Positions 12,869-24,409 are shown, counted from the stretch's first letter. The stretch is 64,000 nucleotides of DNA from an uncultured Gemmatimonadales bacterium (GCA_963832055.1 CAWHST010000001.1:2183-66182), one strand, 5' to 3'. Made by a program: numbers and translations. The notes: generated by a model not told the origin, from the letters alone.

Positions 12869-13068
12869 ACCACTTCCTTTCCTCACGCGGCACATCCGCG
12901 CGGTTCTGATTGCGTTATGGAATCGGTTGTAAGCTAGATCGACTGATTTTATATCGCAATTGGTTTTGGAGTGCGCATGAACGCCCCACGCTAGGGCTGC
13001 CCGATCAATCTGACCGAATCGTCTTTGCTAGCCATTCACCGCCCGCCCAGCGAGCGCGACGGGATGCG

Positions 13069-13692
13069 TTAGACGGTGCGGGGTCGCCACGGCTCGTGCT
13101 CGTGCGCGAGCCAGACCAGCTCGGGGTCGAGCGCGCGCACCCGCAGCTGGCCTTCGGTGTGCGGCTCGTCGAGCTCGCCAAACCAAACCGCCACGTCGCC
13201 GCCAACGACGACCGGGCGCCCGCCAGTCTCGACGACGACGACCTGCATGCCGCGTGTGTGGCCCGGCGCCGGGACGAGCCGGAGCCCGGGAAGCAGCTCG
13301 AGTTCGCCGTCGACCGGCACGTACCGCACGCCGGGCGCCTCGACCCACTCGCGAATGGTGTAGTCGTCCTCGTTGCGCGCGTCGTCGAGCTCCCGACGCT
13401 GGACGTAGATCGGCCTGCCGGCGAAGAGGTGGTTGCCGCCGCAGTGGTCGAAGTGCAGGTGTGTGTTGACGACGATGTCGATGCCGGCGAGGTCGAAGTT
13501 CTGCTTGCTCAGTGGACGGAGGCGGGGATCGAGGTCGGCCACCGCCGGGTGCAGCTCCGTCATGCCGGTGTCGACCAGCACGCGCGCATCGGGATGGTCG
13601 ATGACGTGCACGTAGACCGGCATCCGCTCGCCCTCGGCGAGCAGGTCGGCAACGCGGACTGGCGTGATGGTGATTGAGGCGGGGGCGTTCAT
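13069..13692 (-). CDS. Metallo-beta-lactamase-fold hydrolase (AHL-lactonase-like)
   Basis: VLVDTG, THLHFDHCGG, APGHT, GDV. Confidence 0.85.
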   Translation of the reverse strand: MNAPASITITPVRVADLLAEGERMPVYVHVIDHPDARVLVDTGMTELHPAVADLDPRLRPLSKQNFDLAGIDIVVNTHLHFDHCGGNHLFAGRPIYVQRRELDDARNEDDYTIREWVEAPGVRYVPVDGELELLPGLRLVPAPGHTRGMQVVVVETGGRPVVVGGDVAVWFGELDEPHTEGQLRVRALDPELVWLAHEHEPWRPRTV

Positions 13693-13713
13693 TTCTCTCC
13701 CGGTCGCCCAGAA

Positions 13714-14203
13714 CTACTTCATCGCGATCACGTGCTCCACGAACTGATCGACGGCGATCTCGGTGCCCTGCGTAAAAGCCCGACGCTTTGTTTGTCTCGA
13801 GGTCCGCTTCATTCCGGTGCAGCGCCGTGAAGACGTAGCGAGTGCCGGTTCCCACGGTTTCCATCGTCATGATGGCGGTGATCGGAATGTCGTCAAAGAC
13901 AGCCGGACGATAGCCGGGGAACAACATGGAGGTCCAGACAAGTCGCTCCATCGGAATGACTTCCAGGAAACAGCCGAGGTTGGGAGACTCCTGACCGTCT
14001 CCCATTGCGATGTCGATGCTGAAGATGCCGCCCGGTCGCACGTCCATTTCGGCTCGCGACACACGCCCCCAAGGCTTGGGCATGTACCACTCCTTGAGAT
14101 GCTCCGGTTTCGTCAACGCTTCCCAGACGAGCCGCGTGGGAGCGTCGATGAACCGTTCGATGGCGAAATCAAGTTTCGGATTGATCGTGAATTGCTTGCT
14201 CAT
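13714..14203 (-). CDS. SRPBCC/AHSA1-family protein (frameshift near the 3' end)
   Basis: IERFIDAPTRLVWEALTKPEHLKEW, MDVRPGG; start overlaps the arsR stop. Confidence 0.82.
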
Positions 14204-14553
14204 GATTCTGATTCCTTCTCCTTGAGTTGTTTGACGTATTGGTCGAACCGGTCCAGTCGAGCTTCCCACAACTGACGACGCGCGGTCAGCCAGTCTTCAA
14301 CGACCTTGAACCGTTCGGGTGCGATCTCATACGTCCGCACTCGCCCGCGCTTTTTCGACTTCACCAGTCGGCTCTGTTCGAGCACCGAGAGGTGCTGCAC
14401 GAACGACGGGAGTTGCATGTCGAACGGTGCCGCCAGTTCGCTGACGGTGGCTGGTCCGACAGACAGTCGCTCCAGGACTTTCCGCCGAGTCGGGTTGGAC
14501 AAGGCGTGAAAAACGTCGTCAGCGGCTGCGGATTGAACCATTTCCGACACCAT
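14200..14553 (-). CDS. ArsR/SmtB-family transcriptional regulator
   Basis: VFHALSNPTRRKVLERL...SFVQHLSVLE...KKRGRVR. Confidence 0.9.
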   Translation of the reverse strand: MVSEMVQSAAADDVFHALSNPTRRKVLERLSVGPATVSELAAPFDMQLPSFVQHLSVLEQSRLVKSKKRGRVRTYEIAPERFKVVEDWLTARRQLWEARLDRFDQYVKQLKEKESES

Positions 14554-14601
14554 CCAAATGCTCGGGTTATCCGATCTGACCGAGGGATTCTACAGCCGTG
14601 G

Positions 14602-14627
14602 AATACTTTTGTAAATACCTAAGTATT
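14602..14627. promoter_or_regulatory. Putative ArsR operator (AATACTT-N12-AAGTATT)
   Basis: Perfect 7-bp AT-rich inverted repeat about 50 bp upstream of arsR. Confidence 0.5.
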
Positions 14628-14670
14628 GAGATGCAGTCATGGCCGCGCGTGGCGAGCGCTTCGATCTGCG

Positions 14671-14768
14671 GCCTAACGAACGCTGCAGCGGTGACGGGCG
14701 GTCTGAGGTAGCGCCGCCTGCGGCGGCGCGTTTATTTGATCGCCCACAGCTGAGCTAGGGCGTTAGGC
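14671..14768 (+). mobile_element. Integron attC site (98 bp)
   Basis: R'' GCCTAAC and R' GTTAGGC are complementary. L boxes GCTGCAGC/GCTGAGC have one extrahelical base. Inner stems GGGCGGTC/GATCGCCC and GCGCCGCC/GGCGGCGC. Confidence 0.8.
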
Positions 14769-14859
14769 GGACCGCACCTGCATCTCACCTACCAACAGCC
14801 CGATGACGACACCTTGCGAGCCGTGGTGGACTTCGTGAAGCCCGCGCCGCCAGGTTCGA

Positions 14860-14990
14860 CGAAAGGCGGTGCCGGCGCAAAGCACCTGATCGAAAGACAC
14901 GCCTCGGGCGCGCATTCATGCCCTTCCGCGACGGGGAGGTGGACTTGGATACTCCTGAGGATTATCCCACCTCATCGCCTGTGATCGAAG
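14860..14990 (+). pseudogene. C-terminal remnant of a MocA/YgfJ-like nucleotidyltransferase
   Basis: GAKHLIERH...MPFRDGEVDLDTPEDY resembles the D-x-D-T-P-E-D terminal motif. Confidence 0.4.
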
Positions 14991-15098
14991 CGAGGGAGAG
15001 CCAGTCCGCCCCCTCCATCGAGAAACTGCAGCAGAAACGGTAGCAAAGGCGCAGAAACGAAAAGGCCCGACCCACCGAAGTGATGTCGGACCTTCGAG

Positions 15099-15141
15099 TT
15101 GCCCTCCTGGGCTCGAACCAGGACTCTCCTGATCCAAAGTC
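15099..15141 (-). mobile_element. att site: degenerate copy of the tRNA-Gln 3' end
   Basis: Matches 39543-39586 except for one missing C and one G>A. Flanked by a hairpin (~15063-15094) and 12-mer tandem repeats (15021-15044). Confidence 0.9.
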
Positions 15142-15181
15142 GGTGCTGCCGGGCATCAGTTCCGGCCAAGTTGCCGGCACT

Positions 15182-15264
15182 GTCACTTACCGAGCATCGG
15201 TGCCCGCTTCCCTATCCCAAATCGACGGGAACGGTCACTTACCGAGCACCCGTGGACGCTTCCC
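15182..15264. repeat. Two tandem copies of the att-associated motif
   Basis: gtcacttaccgagcatcggtgcccgcttcccta followed by gtcacttaccgagcacccgtggacgcttccct. Confidence 0.75.
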
Positions 15265-15409
15265 TTCCCCAATATCCGGTGCCGGGGGCATCATCTGAAG
15301 ACAGCCAGCTCGCGGAGTTTCCCCGGGGCCGGTTGCTTGCCCGATCCACCCACATCCTGAGCGCCAGCGAAGGATACATGACCTTAGAAATGGCAGCCCT
15401 CCACTCCGT

Positions 15410-16005
15410 TCAGGGTGACATGAAGCCCATCCGCCGGAAGTAGAAGGCGTAGAACACGACCCAGAACACCGCCAGGCCCCGAGCCACGCCCCAGGATGCT
15501 CTCGATTCAACGCCTGAACACACCGCGCACGGCGGCGAGCGCCAGCACCGTCGGCGCGATCCGTACCACTCGCGCGAACACCGTCCACAGCAGGACCGCG
15601 CCCAGCGAAAGCCCCGAGTCGAACGCGACAGCGGCGTATACCTTGAGCGGCACGCCCCCGAGCACCAGCAGCAGCGTGTAGGGCAGGCCCGCCGGCTCTA
15701 ACGCTCGCGGCCCACGCGCTCGATCAGAGCCTCCGGATATCCCCGGCACCGGTCGAGGAACCCGAGGTAATCCACCCCCGGCAGCATCATCAGCATCCGG
15801 ATCGCCATGACCGCCACCATCGAGCCCGCGATCGACGCAGCCCAGGCGACCGCGCCGGCGCGTAGCGAGAAGAGCGTGGCAGCGCTGATGTAGACGTCAG
15901 GGACGATGAAGAAAGCGACGCCTTCCGCGAGCCCCCACCAGAAGCCCGCGCGTGCCGCGCTAGCCGCTCATCCGACGCGATGCGCCGGAGCCGTTCCGGC
16001 CGCAT
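15410..16005 (-). CDS. Hypothetical multi-pass membrane protein (frameshifted)
   Basis: Joined frames read FWWGLAEGVAFFIVPDVY...GGVPLKVYA...FWVVFYAFYFRRMGF. Confidence 0.55.
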
Positions 16006-16667
16006 GCCCGTTCCGCCGCTGTTCGGCGACCCGCCGGAATCCGAGATAGAGCAGAACCAGCGCACACGCCTGGACCACGTGGTAGACCGCGTTGTGATCG
16101 AAGTACACGGGGTGGAGCGCCACCTCGAGTTGCTGGAGCAGCGCCGCGCCGACCGAGAGGGCGAGGCCCAGTGCGATCAGCGTCCAGCCGCCTCGCTCGC
16201 GCAGCGCCTGCACCGCCGCGCGCCACCAGGAAGAGGAGGAGCGCGGGCGCGTAGAACCGCACGATGCTGCCGAACGACTCGTCCACCAGCAGCACGACCG
16301 CGGCGAAGGCCGCGGCGTACGCGGCCACGAGCCGGCGGCGGGTGCGCTCGCCGAGGCCCGGCGCGAGCACGCGCAGGCCCAGCTCGAGCAGCGCGGCGGC
16401 TGCCACGACGATCGAGAGCGACACCGGGATCCAGGCGATGAAACCCGGCGACGTGTCGCCGTCTCCGGCGGGAAGAAGGCGTGGAAGACCGCGCCCCAGA
16501 AGGCCGCGCTGGCGAGTCCGGCCATCAGGACGGCGGGCGCGAGCCCAGCGGTGCCGCGACGCCCCGGAGTCGCCAAGCCGCCAGGCGAACCACGCGCCGA
16601 GGATCGCGAGGCCGAGGTCGGTGAAGACGACGTCGGGATCGTGGATGGTGACCCCGAGCGCGCTCAC
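15968..16667 (-). CDS. DUF6962-like membrane protein (possible CREST-like hydrolase; frameshifted)
   Basis: HDPDVVFTD...GAVFHAFF...FDHNAVYHVVQ; GTG start overlaps the GDPD stop. Confidence 0.6.
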
Positions 16668-17583
16668 TCGTCCCGGATCTGCCTGGCGCGGAGCGGCTGA
16701 TCCGAGATCACGCCGTAGGGCTGCTTGGCGAAGGCGCGGCGCAGGTCGGCCTCCTCGTCCGGCGTCCAGATGAAGGCCGGCCAGCCCTTGGCGATCAGCC
16801 GGTCGGTCACGTCCTCGTCCACTTCGTGATTGATGCTGAGCAGGTCCGGGCTCACCAGCTTGCGCATCGCCCGGCGGATGAACTCCTGCCGGAGGAACCA
16901 GGGCAGGTCCACCCGGTCCTCCGGCCGGATCTCCGCGAGCAGCTCCGGGTTCCAGTTGGTGTCCATGAAGATGAGCGCGGTGCGGACCTCGGGATCGAGC
17001 CGCTTGAGCCGCCGCAGCACCAGCGGATTGAACGAGCTGAGCACCACGTCCGCGTGGGCGTCGTGCCGCCGGATGACCTCGACCGCGCGCTCCTCGATGC
17101 CGGTGGCGCCCGCGCCGGGCACCTTGAGCTCGACCATGAGGATGCCGCGGCCTTTCACGGTCGCGGACGAAGTCCTCGAAGGTCCGGACGTAGGCACCCG
17201 TGAGCGCGCTGTCGTACTTGGGGCCGAGGTCCAGCGCCAGCATCTCCGCGGCGGTCTTGTCCCGCACCTTGCCGGTGCCCGAGGTCAGCCGGTCCACGCT
17301 CAGGTCGTGGTAGATGACCAGCTCGCCGTCCCGGGTGAACTGTCCGTCCACGTCCACCCCGTCCATGCCCGCCTCCATCGCGCGCTCCACCGCGTAGAGG
17401 CTGTTGTCGGGCGCGTGGTCGCCGAAGCCGCGGTGGGCGAACACCAGGGTGCGCGCCGGCGCGCCGGACCAGGGTGCCGCGGTAGGGCGGCTCGTAGAGG
17501 AAGAGCCAGGCGCCGCCCACGCAGGAGCAGGAGCAGGATCGCGGCCAGCGACTGTCGCGCCAGAGGCGCCGCGCGCGGCGCAT
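16664..17583 (-). CDS. Glycerophosphodiester phosphodiesterase family protein with N-terminal TM helix (frameshifted)
   Basis: FAHRG, DGELVIYHD, MVELK, SSFNP, IWT, GVISDQP. Confidence 0.85.
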
Positions 17584-17588
17584 CGGCC

Positions 17589-19107
17589 TCAGCGCGGCTC
17601 GGTGTGGCCATAGCGCTCGTAGAACTGGCTGGAGAAGAGCTCGCCCGGATCGTAGAACCGCTTGCGCTCGAAGGCGTGCGCCGCGCCGGGGTAGGCGCGG
17701 TGGAGCTGGTCCGGCGTGGGGTAGAGCTGGTAGGTCAGGTAGTAGGTCCCGCCGTGCTCGATCGCGGCGTCCACCAGCTCGCGGGTCACCCGCGCGGCGT
17801 GGGCCTGGGCCTCGGGCGAGAGCCCGACGTTGCTCATCTGGATGATGGCGAACACCTCCTCGTCGCGGCGCGTAGGCCAGGGCCGGGGTGCGGTTGGGCT
17901 TCACGTAGCGCACGGTCGAGCTGAGCACGTTCATGTCGCCCGCGAGCAGGATCTCGCGGAAGCGGTCCATGAACGGCACGAACCGGTCTCGATCGGGACG
18001 TAGTACTCCTGGATGATGTCGGTGTCCCGGCTCGAGCGGTAATCGAGGAACTCGAGCGGCGCGAGCGGCGGCCGCATCGAGTTGTTGCGCGAGACGAGCC
18101 GGCGTGGCTCCGGCGCCCAGCTCCACCCGCTTCTGCAGCCGCCAGCGGAGCGACTTGGCCCAGTCGAACCGGCGGGAGAGGCCGAAGAAGAACCGGTCGC
18201 GCAGCACGTGCTCCTCCTCGGTCAGCTCGAAGCGCGGCGGTGCGGCCGTCCCGCACCCGGCTCCAGGTCACCGCGACCACTTCCCTGAGAAACCGATCCG
18301 GGTGGGGATCGATCGAGGGCCGGGCGAGCATCAGCACCACGTCGCTGTCGCCTTTGACCCGCCGCGCGAACCAGGCGGGGAACTCCCGGTAGTCCACCGA
18401 CTCGGACCGCTGCTCGTAGACCTCGTCGCGGGTGACCCGAAGGGTGACGTCGAGGATCACCCCGTACATCCCGTACCCGCCGATCACCAGCGAGAACAGC
18501 TCCGGGTTCTCGGTCCGGCTCACCTCGAGCACCCGCCCGTCGGCCAGCAGCAGCCGGAACCGCTCGACCACGTCCACCACCTGCATCACGTCCACGTCGC
18601 GGCCGTGGGCGTTGGCGCTGAGGGTGCCGCCTACGGTGAAGATGTTGGACGACTGCATGACCTTGATCGCGAGGCCCCGGGGCGCGATGGCGCGCTGCAC
18701 CTCGTCCCAGGTGGCGCCGCTCTCGACCGTGATCCGGGGCCCGGCCGTGTCGATCGCGCGGATGCGGTTGAAGGTGCGCATGTTGAGCACCACGCCGCCG
18801 GGCCGGTACGTGTGGCCGCCCTGGCTGTGCCGGCTGCCGGAGATGGAGACCTTGAGCCCGCGCGCCCGGGCGTCCCGGAGGACGGCCCGCAGCTGCTCGA
18901 TGTCGCGGGCGTCGTCCACCCGCTCGACCCGGGCAGGCTCCAGGCGGGCGACGTCCGCTCGGACGAGCGGGTCGTCCCGGCGCAGCAGGTCCCCGTACGA
19001 CACGACGAAGGTGCCGAGGTAGAGGAGCCAGGGCGAGCAGAACGAGTCCGAGGGCGGCCAGCGAGCCGCGCGCGGCGCTTGGGTCCGGCCACTGGTGTGC
19101 TGGGCAT
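17589..19107 (-). CDS. FAD-binding (PCMH-type) oxidoreductase, aldonolactone/DPR-oxidase-like (frameshifted)
   Basis: GSRHSQGGH, TVGGTLSANAHG, IGGYGMYGVI, GGTYYLTYQ, KRFYDP. Confidence 0.85.
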
Positions 19108-19179
19108 GCCTTGTGAGAAGATGGCCGAACTGGCAGTGCTGCATCGTAGTCCGGCGGACGTTGGTCGCGCCAGGGCGGG

Positions 19180-19803
19180 CTAGCGCCCGAGCAGCTCGGC
19201 GCAACGCTCCCGATCGAGCAGCATGAGGCTGCCGCGGCTCGAGCCCGCGCTCCGCGGTTCCGCCGGAGCGACTCTCGTGCCGGGTATAACGTCCGGCTCA
19301 GGCGGTGGCGCCACACGCGCCTCAGCCAGCACCCGCCGACAGGTCTCCCGCTGGGTCGCCTCGCGCTCGGCGGCCGCCCGGCGCTCGACCGCCGCCCAGT
19401 GGCGGCTCGCGCTCCACCGGGCGAAGGCGGTGCCCTGCGAGCCGAGGAAGATCAGCTCGCCGACGAGGAGCGCCGTGAGGAGCGCGGCGATCGCCGCGCC
19501 CCAGGTGAGCCGCCGCACTGCGGCGAGTGGCAGCGCCACCAGCGCTGTGACGCCCATGCTGGCCAGCGGGATCACCACCAGGAGGCCCGGCAGGGCGCCC
19601 CAGTCGACGTAGAGGCCGGGGCTGACCAGCGCGACGGCGACGGTCGCGAGCGCGCCGGTACCGGCACCCAGCAGGAAACCGGGGACGGGGCGGCTGGACG
19701 CCGGCGGATCCGCAGCTGGTATGGTCTCGATCCTGTGGGGAGTGACGAATGCAATCTGCGATCTGGCGCCGGCGGGTGCCAGACCTCGGTAGCTCTGTAG
19801 CAA
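19180..19803 (-). CDS. Hypothetical membrane protein (start uncertain)
   Basis: Three hydrophobic segments. Confidence 0.45.
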   Translation of the reverse strand: MLQSYRGLAPAGARSQIAFVTPHRIETIPAADPPASSRPVPGFLLGAGTGALATVAVALVSPGLYVDWGALPGLLVVIPLASMGVTALVALPLAAVRRLTWGAAIAALLTALLVGELIFLGSQGTAFARWSASRHWAAVERRAAAEREATQRETCRRVLAEARVAPPPEPDVIPGTRVAPAEPRSAGSSRGSLMLLDRERCAELLGR

Positions 19804-21091
19804 TGCCGGCTCCGCTAGCGCGACGGCAGGCTGCCGACGAGAGCGGCGGCGGCGCGCACTCGGGGGAGTTCCTCGCCGGGCGCGCGAGTGAGGTTGTGGT
19901 ACTCGAAGCGGCCATAGCGGTCCCCGACCAGCACTTCACCGACCACACGATCCTGATCGGAAACGTGGATGCCCGGCGTGGTTCGGGCGCACCACCAGGG
20001 GCAGCCTCCAGATGCCGAGTGCCTGTACCGAGTCCGCCACGATCGGCCATCGCGTTTCCGGCTGGACCTCGACCCGGCACGCCGCCCACCCCGACGAGCT
20101 TTGCACTACACGGCACCCCGATTGCCCGTTCAGCACCCAGTCCGGCTGCACTGACCGGCCCGTGGAGTCGCGCGATCGACGCCAGTAGAAGAAGACCTCA
20201 CCGGACGCCCAGTGAGGCGCTTCGAGCAGTCGAAGGAGCGGAACCGGTTGCCGGACCATGCCGCTGCCGACCGCGGCCAGCCGCAGCTCTCGCTCCGCCA
20301 CGGGAAGCGCGGCCGTGCGGAGCACGGGAAGCCCGGCGGCGCGGGCGACGGAATCGAGCACCGTCTCCGTGCCGAAGCTCGAGTCGCCGCCCCACAGATT
20401 CGCCGCGCCGCTCCGCTCATAGAGCGCGGTGGCACGCAGGCTCGAGAGCGTGCACCGCATGCCTTCCCGATCGACCTCGAAGCGGAGTGCATAGCCGTGG
20501 GGTCCGCCGGGCGGTGGCTCGAAGCTATGGATCGCGAGGTCCTTCCTGGGCGGTCCCAGGCGATGACGCCGAGCCCGGCTGAGCAGGGACTTCTCTGCTG
20601 CAGCCCCCGATCTCGCCCCCAATGCCCACCACGAGCGCGGTCACGGAGTCGCGGACCTGGGCCCAGCGTAGGCGTTCGCGGCGGGCCAGCGCCAGGTGCG
20701 GGCGGCGCTGAGGACCGCTCCCCGACTGGTCGCGATGCCAGACCGCGCCGCCGTCCCGGTAGTTGGCGAAGCACACGGTGGGCCGCCGCAGCCCAGCCCG
20801 TAGACTCGCGCCTGCCGCTGGGAAGGCATCGCAAGGGGTGGAGCTGTTCCGCCCGACTGTCCACCAGTGCGAGGATCTGGCGCCGGTCGGGAGGCTCGGA
20901 GCACGCCCCACCGCCGAGCAGCAGGGCCAGCGAGCGGAGCGGATGTCGCACGGGAGCGCCTACCTAGTCTCCGACTCCGGCATCCGTGTCGTTGCCGGGC
21001 CAGGGACCAGGAGGGCGCCACTTGTTTCGCCGGGCCCATGCGATGACGCCTGCCAGCACGGCGAGGGACAGGAGGAAGACCCAGAACATCA

Positions 21092-21598
21092 CTAGAGCTC
21101 GATCCCATACCGGGCGGCGATCTCCCGGTCGTGGTCCAGCGAGGCGGCCCGCTCCTTGGCGCGCGCCCGCAGCAGGTCCCTGGCGGTCTTGGCGCAGGGG
21201 GTCGCCCGATAGAGCGCCTGGAGCCGGTCCTCCTCGGCATCCGCCACGTCCGCGCGTTTCTCCGCCTCCGGGTGGGACATGCCTGCAAGGGCTGCCTCGA
21301 CGGGTCGGACCCATTCCGCCAGCTCTCCCGCGTCGCCCGCGATCCGCCAGCACCGAATGATCCGCGCGGCGAGCTCGTTCACGGCGTAGTGACCGAAGCG
21401 GCGGCCGTGCCAGGTCGCGGGCTTCCCTCCGTGCTCCCGCGCCAGGAGGAGGTCAACGGAGCCGATGTGTCCGTTGTCGCTCCGGCCGCCTTTCCGCACC
21501 ATCGTATCGCCCATGCTCCCGCGCTCCGATGCACTCCTGCTTTCCTGGGTCTTGCTGGTGCCGGCCATGGTGGGCCTCCTCGCTATCCTGGATCTCAT
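21092..21598 (-). CDS. Hypothetical helical protein, possibly phage-derived
   Basis: Coherent 168-aa ORF with no recognisable catalytic motif. Confidence 0.45.
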   Translation of the reverse strand: MRSRIARRPTMAGTSKTQESRSASERGSMGDTMVRKGGRSDNGHIGSVDLLLAREHGGKPATWHGRRFGHYAVNELAARIIRCWRIAGDAGELAEWVRPVEAALAGMSHPEAEKRADVADAEEDRLQALYRATPCAKTARDLLRARAKERAASLDHDREIAARYGIEL

Positions 21599-21911
21599 CC
21601 GCGCCTTCGTCTCTATGATCGTCGCCGCGCTGGGCGGTGTCTAGGGTGGGGGGCCGGCGAGGGGGGGCGACTGACGGGGCGCAGCCGGGGCCTGAACACT
21701 TTTCCGAATCAAACTCTCATATGGACCCTGCTCGGTGACGATGCTGTCGCGCCCACGGTCACGACTCGGGCCGGAACGGGCAGCCGGTTTGGGCGAGGGT
21801 AGGTCCAGCCTGACGTGGCTTGACTTGTCCGGGACCTTGCTTCATATCCGGCTCCAGACGTTGAGTGTTCCCAGGCTCGAGTTCCTCTTGTCCGAAGGAG
21901 GATGAGAGATC

Positions 21912-22253
21912 ATGGAATATCCACTGTCCTTTCTGCTGACCGTGCCGTACCTGCTGCCGATCGTGTTGACCATGCTTGCAGTGGCCGTCCTTTGGTTTGG
22001 TCTTCCCCGGGCTCCCCATTACCGCCGGCCCGGGCGATGGCGCGCCGGCCTCATAATGACCTCACTGGGGCTCATCGGCCTATGGCTGCTCCCTGCGGGA
22101 GTTTTCATGTTCGTCGGCAACACTCAGATTGATGGACTGCTGTTCATTCTTGCGCTGGTTTGTGCAGCGGGAGTGCTTGGTGGCGGGCTGCAGGCACTCA
22201 GCAGAGCCAACAACACGCCAAGCGACGATCGATGGGACAGCATTGTCGGCTAA
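21912..22253 (+). CDS. Small membrane protein
   Basis: Upstream AGGAGG, three TM helices, lower GC. Confidence 0.6.
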   Translation: MEYPLSFLLTVPYLLPIVLTMLAVAVLWFGLPRAPHYRRPGRWRAGLIMTSLGLIGLWLLPAGVFMFVGNTQIDGLLFILALVCAAGVLGGGLQALSRANNTPSDDRWDSIVG

Positions 22254-22525
22254 CACTCAGGCAGGCGAGCTCGCAGCACGAGCGTGGGCGCCTCAGCTCC
22301 CTTAAGCACCACGCTGAGGTTCCTACCCACTACGATCCCAGCTCAGGAAGCCGGCATGACGGCGCGCATGGCACGGGCGCCTGGCGCATATCGTCTCCTG
22401 GGGTCCGGGATGTAAGTTGGATAACGATCCGCTGAGCATTGCCAAGGCTACCACAGCCTTAACCACGGCTGATCTCACCGCCCCTTCAGCAGGCGCACTG
22501 TCGCTCTCCTACGTGGGAGACACTT

Positions 22526-23170
22526 ATGACGACCCGCCTCATCTTCAACGGCCAAGAGTACGACGGCCCCGAGGCCATGCCGCCAGACGTTCGAAACGCC
22601 TATCAGGTGATGCTGGACCAGTTGCAGGACAAGGACAAAGACGGTATTCCCGACGTACTCCAGGGCGGGAGCGCTGGAAAAAATGTGCTTGGAATGCTGC
22701 AAACCTCGGTGACCTTAAACGGGCGCCCCTTGGAGGGTATGGGCCTGCCCGCGCCCGTGCGGCACCTTATTGGAAACGTGATAGCTCACGGGATCAGCAA
22801 GGCCACCGCTCCCACTGAGCCGCACGGCAATGAGCCCCTCCTGCGGACGTTAGACACTGCCAGCCGGGTCACGGAGGGACTACTCGGAGTGCTGCTTGCC
22901 TGCGCAGCCGGCTTCGCCCTCGTCTTCGGCGTGGGCCTCATGTTTGCTATCGGTGGCGGACCAGAGCTTCTAAAGGATCGCTTGATAGTTGCCATCGCCG
23001 CGTTGCTAATTCTCGGCGGGCTCGACACCCAAGCCACCCGACTCGCAAGGCGGCGGCAGCCGCTCCTAGCACCGGATACCGCAGGGTACAGGCGCTTCCT
23101 GGTATGGAGCAGCCTTGGTTTGTTGCTCGCTGCGGTTCTGCTCCTTGGCCTCGCGTGGTTCCTGCCGTAA
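22526..23170 (+). CDS. Hypothetical membrane protein
   Basis: GGAG RBS; NGQEY...MPPDVR...DKDKDGIPD N-terminus; C-terminal TM helices. Confidence 0.65.
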   Translation: MTTRLIFNGQEYDGPEAMPPDVRNAYQVMLDQLQDKDKDGIPDVLQGGSAGKNVLGMLQTSVTLNGRPLEGMGLPAPVRHLIGNVIAHGISKATAPTEPHGNEPLLRTLDTASRVTEGLLGVLLACAAGFALVFGVGLMFAIGGGPELLKDRLIVAIAALLILGGLDTQATRLARRRQPLLAPDTAGYRRFLVWSSLGLLLAAVLLLGLAWFLP

Positions 23171-23701
23171 GGCAATTCCGGCACGCTTCCACTCAAAGGC
23201 GGAGACTATGTGTTCTGGGTACTAAGTGGAGTCCGATCTTCATGTTGCTGCTCCTAACTCGACGTAGAGGCAGCGTGCACTCCTCGCAGCGCACTCAGGT
23301 TGGCATCGAGCAGGAGGCGACGTCCGTCGTTTGCCGGACGTCTCCCTGGAGCGCCGCGGGGCTCGGCAATCTTTCCATGGCGCGCAGATGGGTGGGCTGT
23401 GTCCCGAGGATGAGCCGCTCATTGTACAGCCTCCGCCTTACGAATTCCCGCCGCTGATTAGGGTAAGCCGCTCCTCCCATTAAGCCTGGCAACAGCATGG
23501 GACAGCAGCGAGCCTAAAGGCTCGGCGCAGGCTTCCCGAGCCACCAGGAACGTTTTGCAGAGCCGGCTCGTCCCGAAAACGAAGCACCCGGCGATCACGA
23601 AAGTGACAGCGGGGTCGAGTGCCCTCCCCTGCTGGCCTTCCCGACCCGGTTTCTGCATCTTATCGATCGCTATCGGACTCGGCACCAACGGTAGTGGGGA
23701 C

Positions 23702-24115
23702 ATGGCTACACCATCATGGCAGGTCACGGGTCAATACTACGAAACCTGCAGTTGCGATTTTGTCTGTCCATGCGTTCCGGGGCAGCTGGCAGTCATGCCG
23801 ACCAAAGGGTTCTGCACGGTTGCAGTGGCGTTTCAGATCGAACGCGGCAGCTACGGCACGGTTCCACTCGACGGATTCGGCTTCATCGTTCTCTTATGGA
23901 CGCCGGAGGAAATGGGCAAGGGGAACTGGTCCGTCGGTGTCATCGCGGACGCGCGCGCGAATGCCGAGCAACGCGACGCGATCGCATCGATCGCGAGCGG
24001 GTCCGCAGGCGGTCCCATGGCTGCCTTGTCAGCGTTGGTTGGAAAGTTTCTGGGCGTGGAGTCGGCGCCGATCCGATTCGATCGTGGCGCCTGCGGAACG
24101 CTGGTCAGGATATAA
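23702..24115 (+). pseudogene. DUF1326-family protein, 3'-truncated
   Basis: WQVTGQYYETCSCDFVCPC...IERGSYG...DARANAEQRDA; ends about half-way through the family length. Confidence 0.7.
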
Positions 24116-24409
24116 TGATCGATGCCGCTAACGTCGCTCTATTGCTCAAGCACTAGCTCGAAGCTCGGCGCTTTCTCATCGCTGAGAAGTACGAGTTTAG
24201 CACTGCGTAGAAGATCAATTCGCTGTTCACGGCTCATCTTAGGCTCACTCCCTTCTCGAGGGATGAAACTCGGACTTGCTCAGACTTTTGCGGGATACGA
24301 ACTCTTCTTGTTCACCATGGTAGCACGTAAAGTATGAGCTACCTGACGTCATCCGGGATATCTGCGCCCGAGGGCGGGACCGGGCGTTCTACGAGTCACG
24401 GGTGATTGG

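Noticed and set aside
13068-13074. GTCTAAC R'' site at the MBL gene stop
   Set aside because: No L boxes or matching R' follow it.
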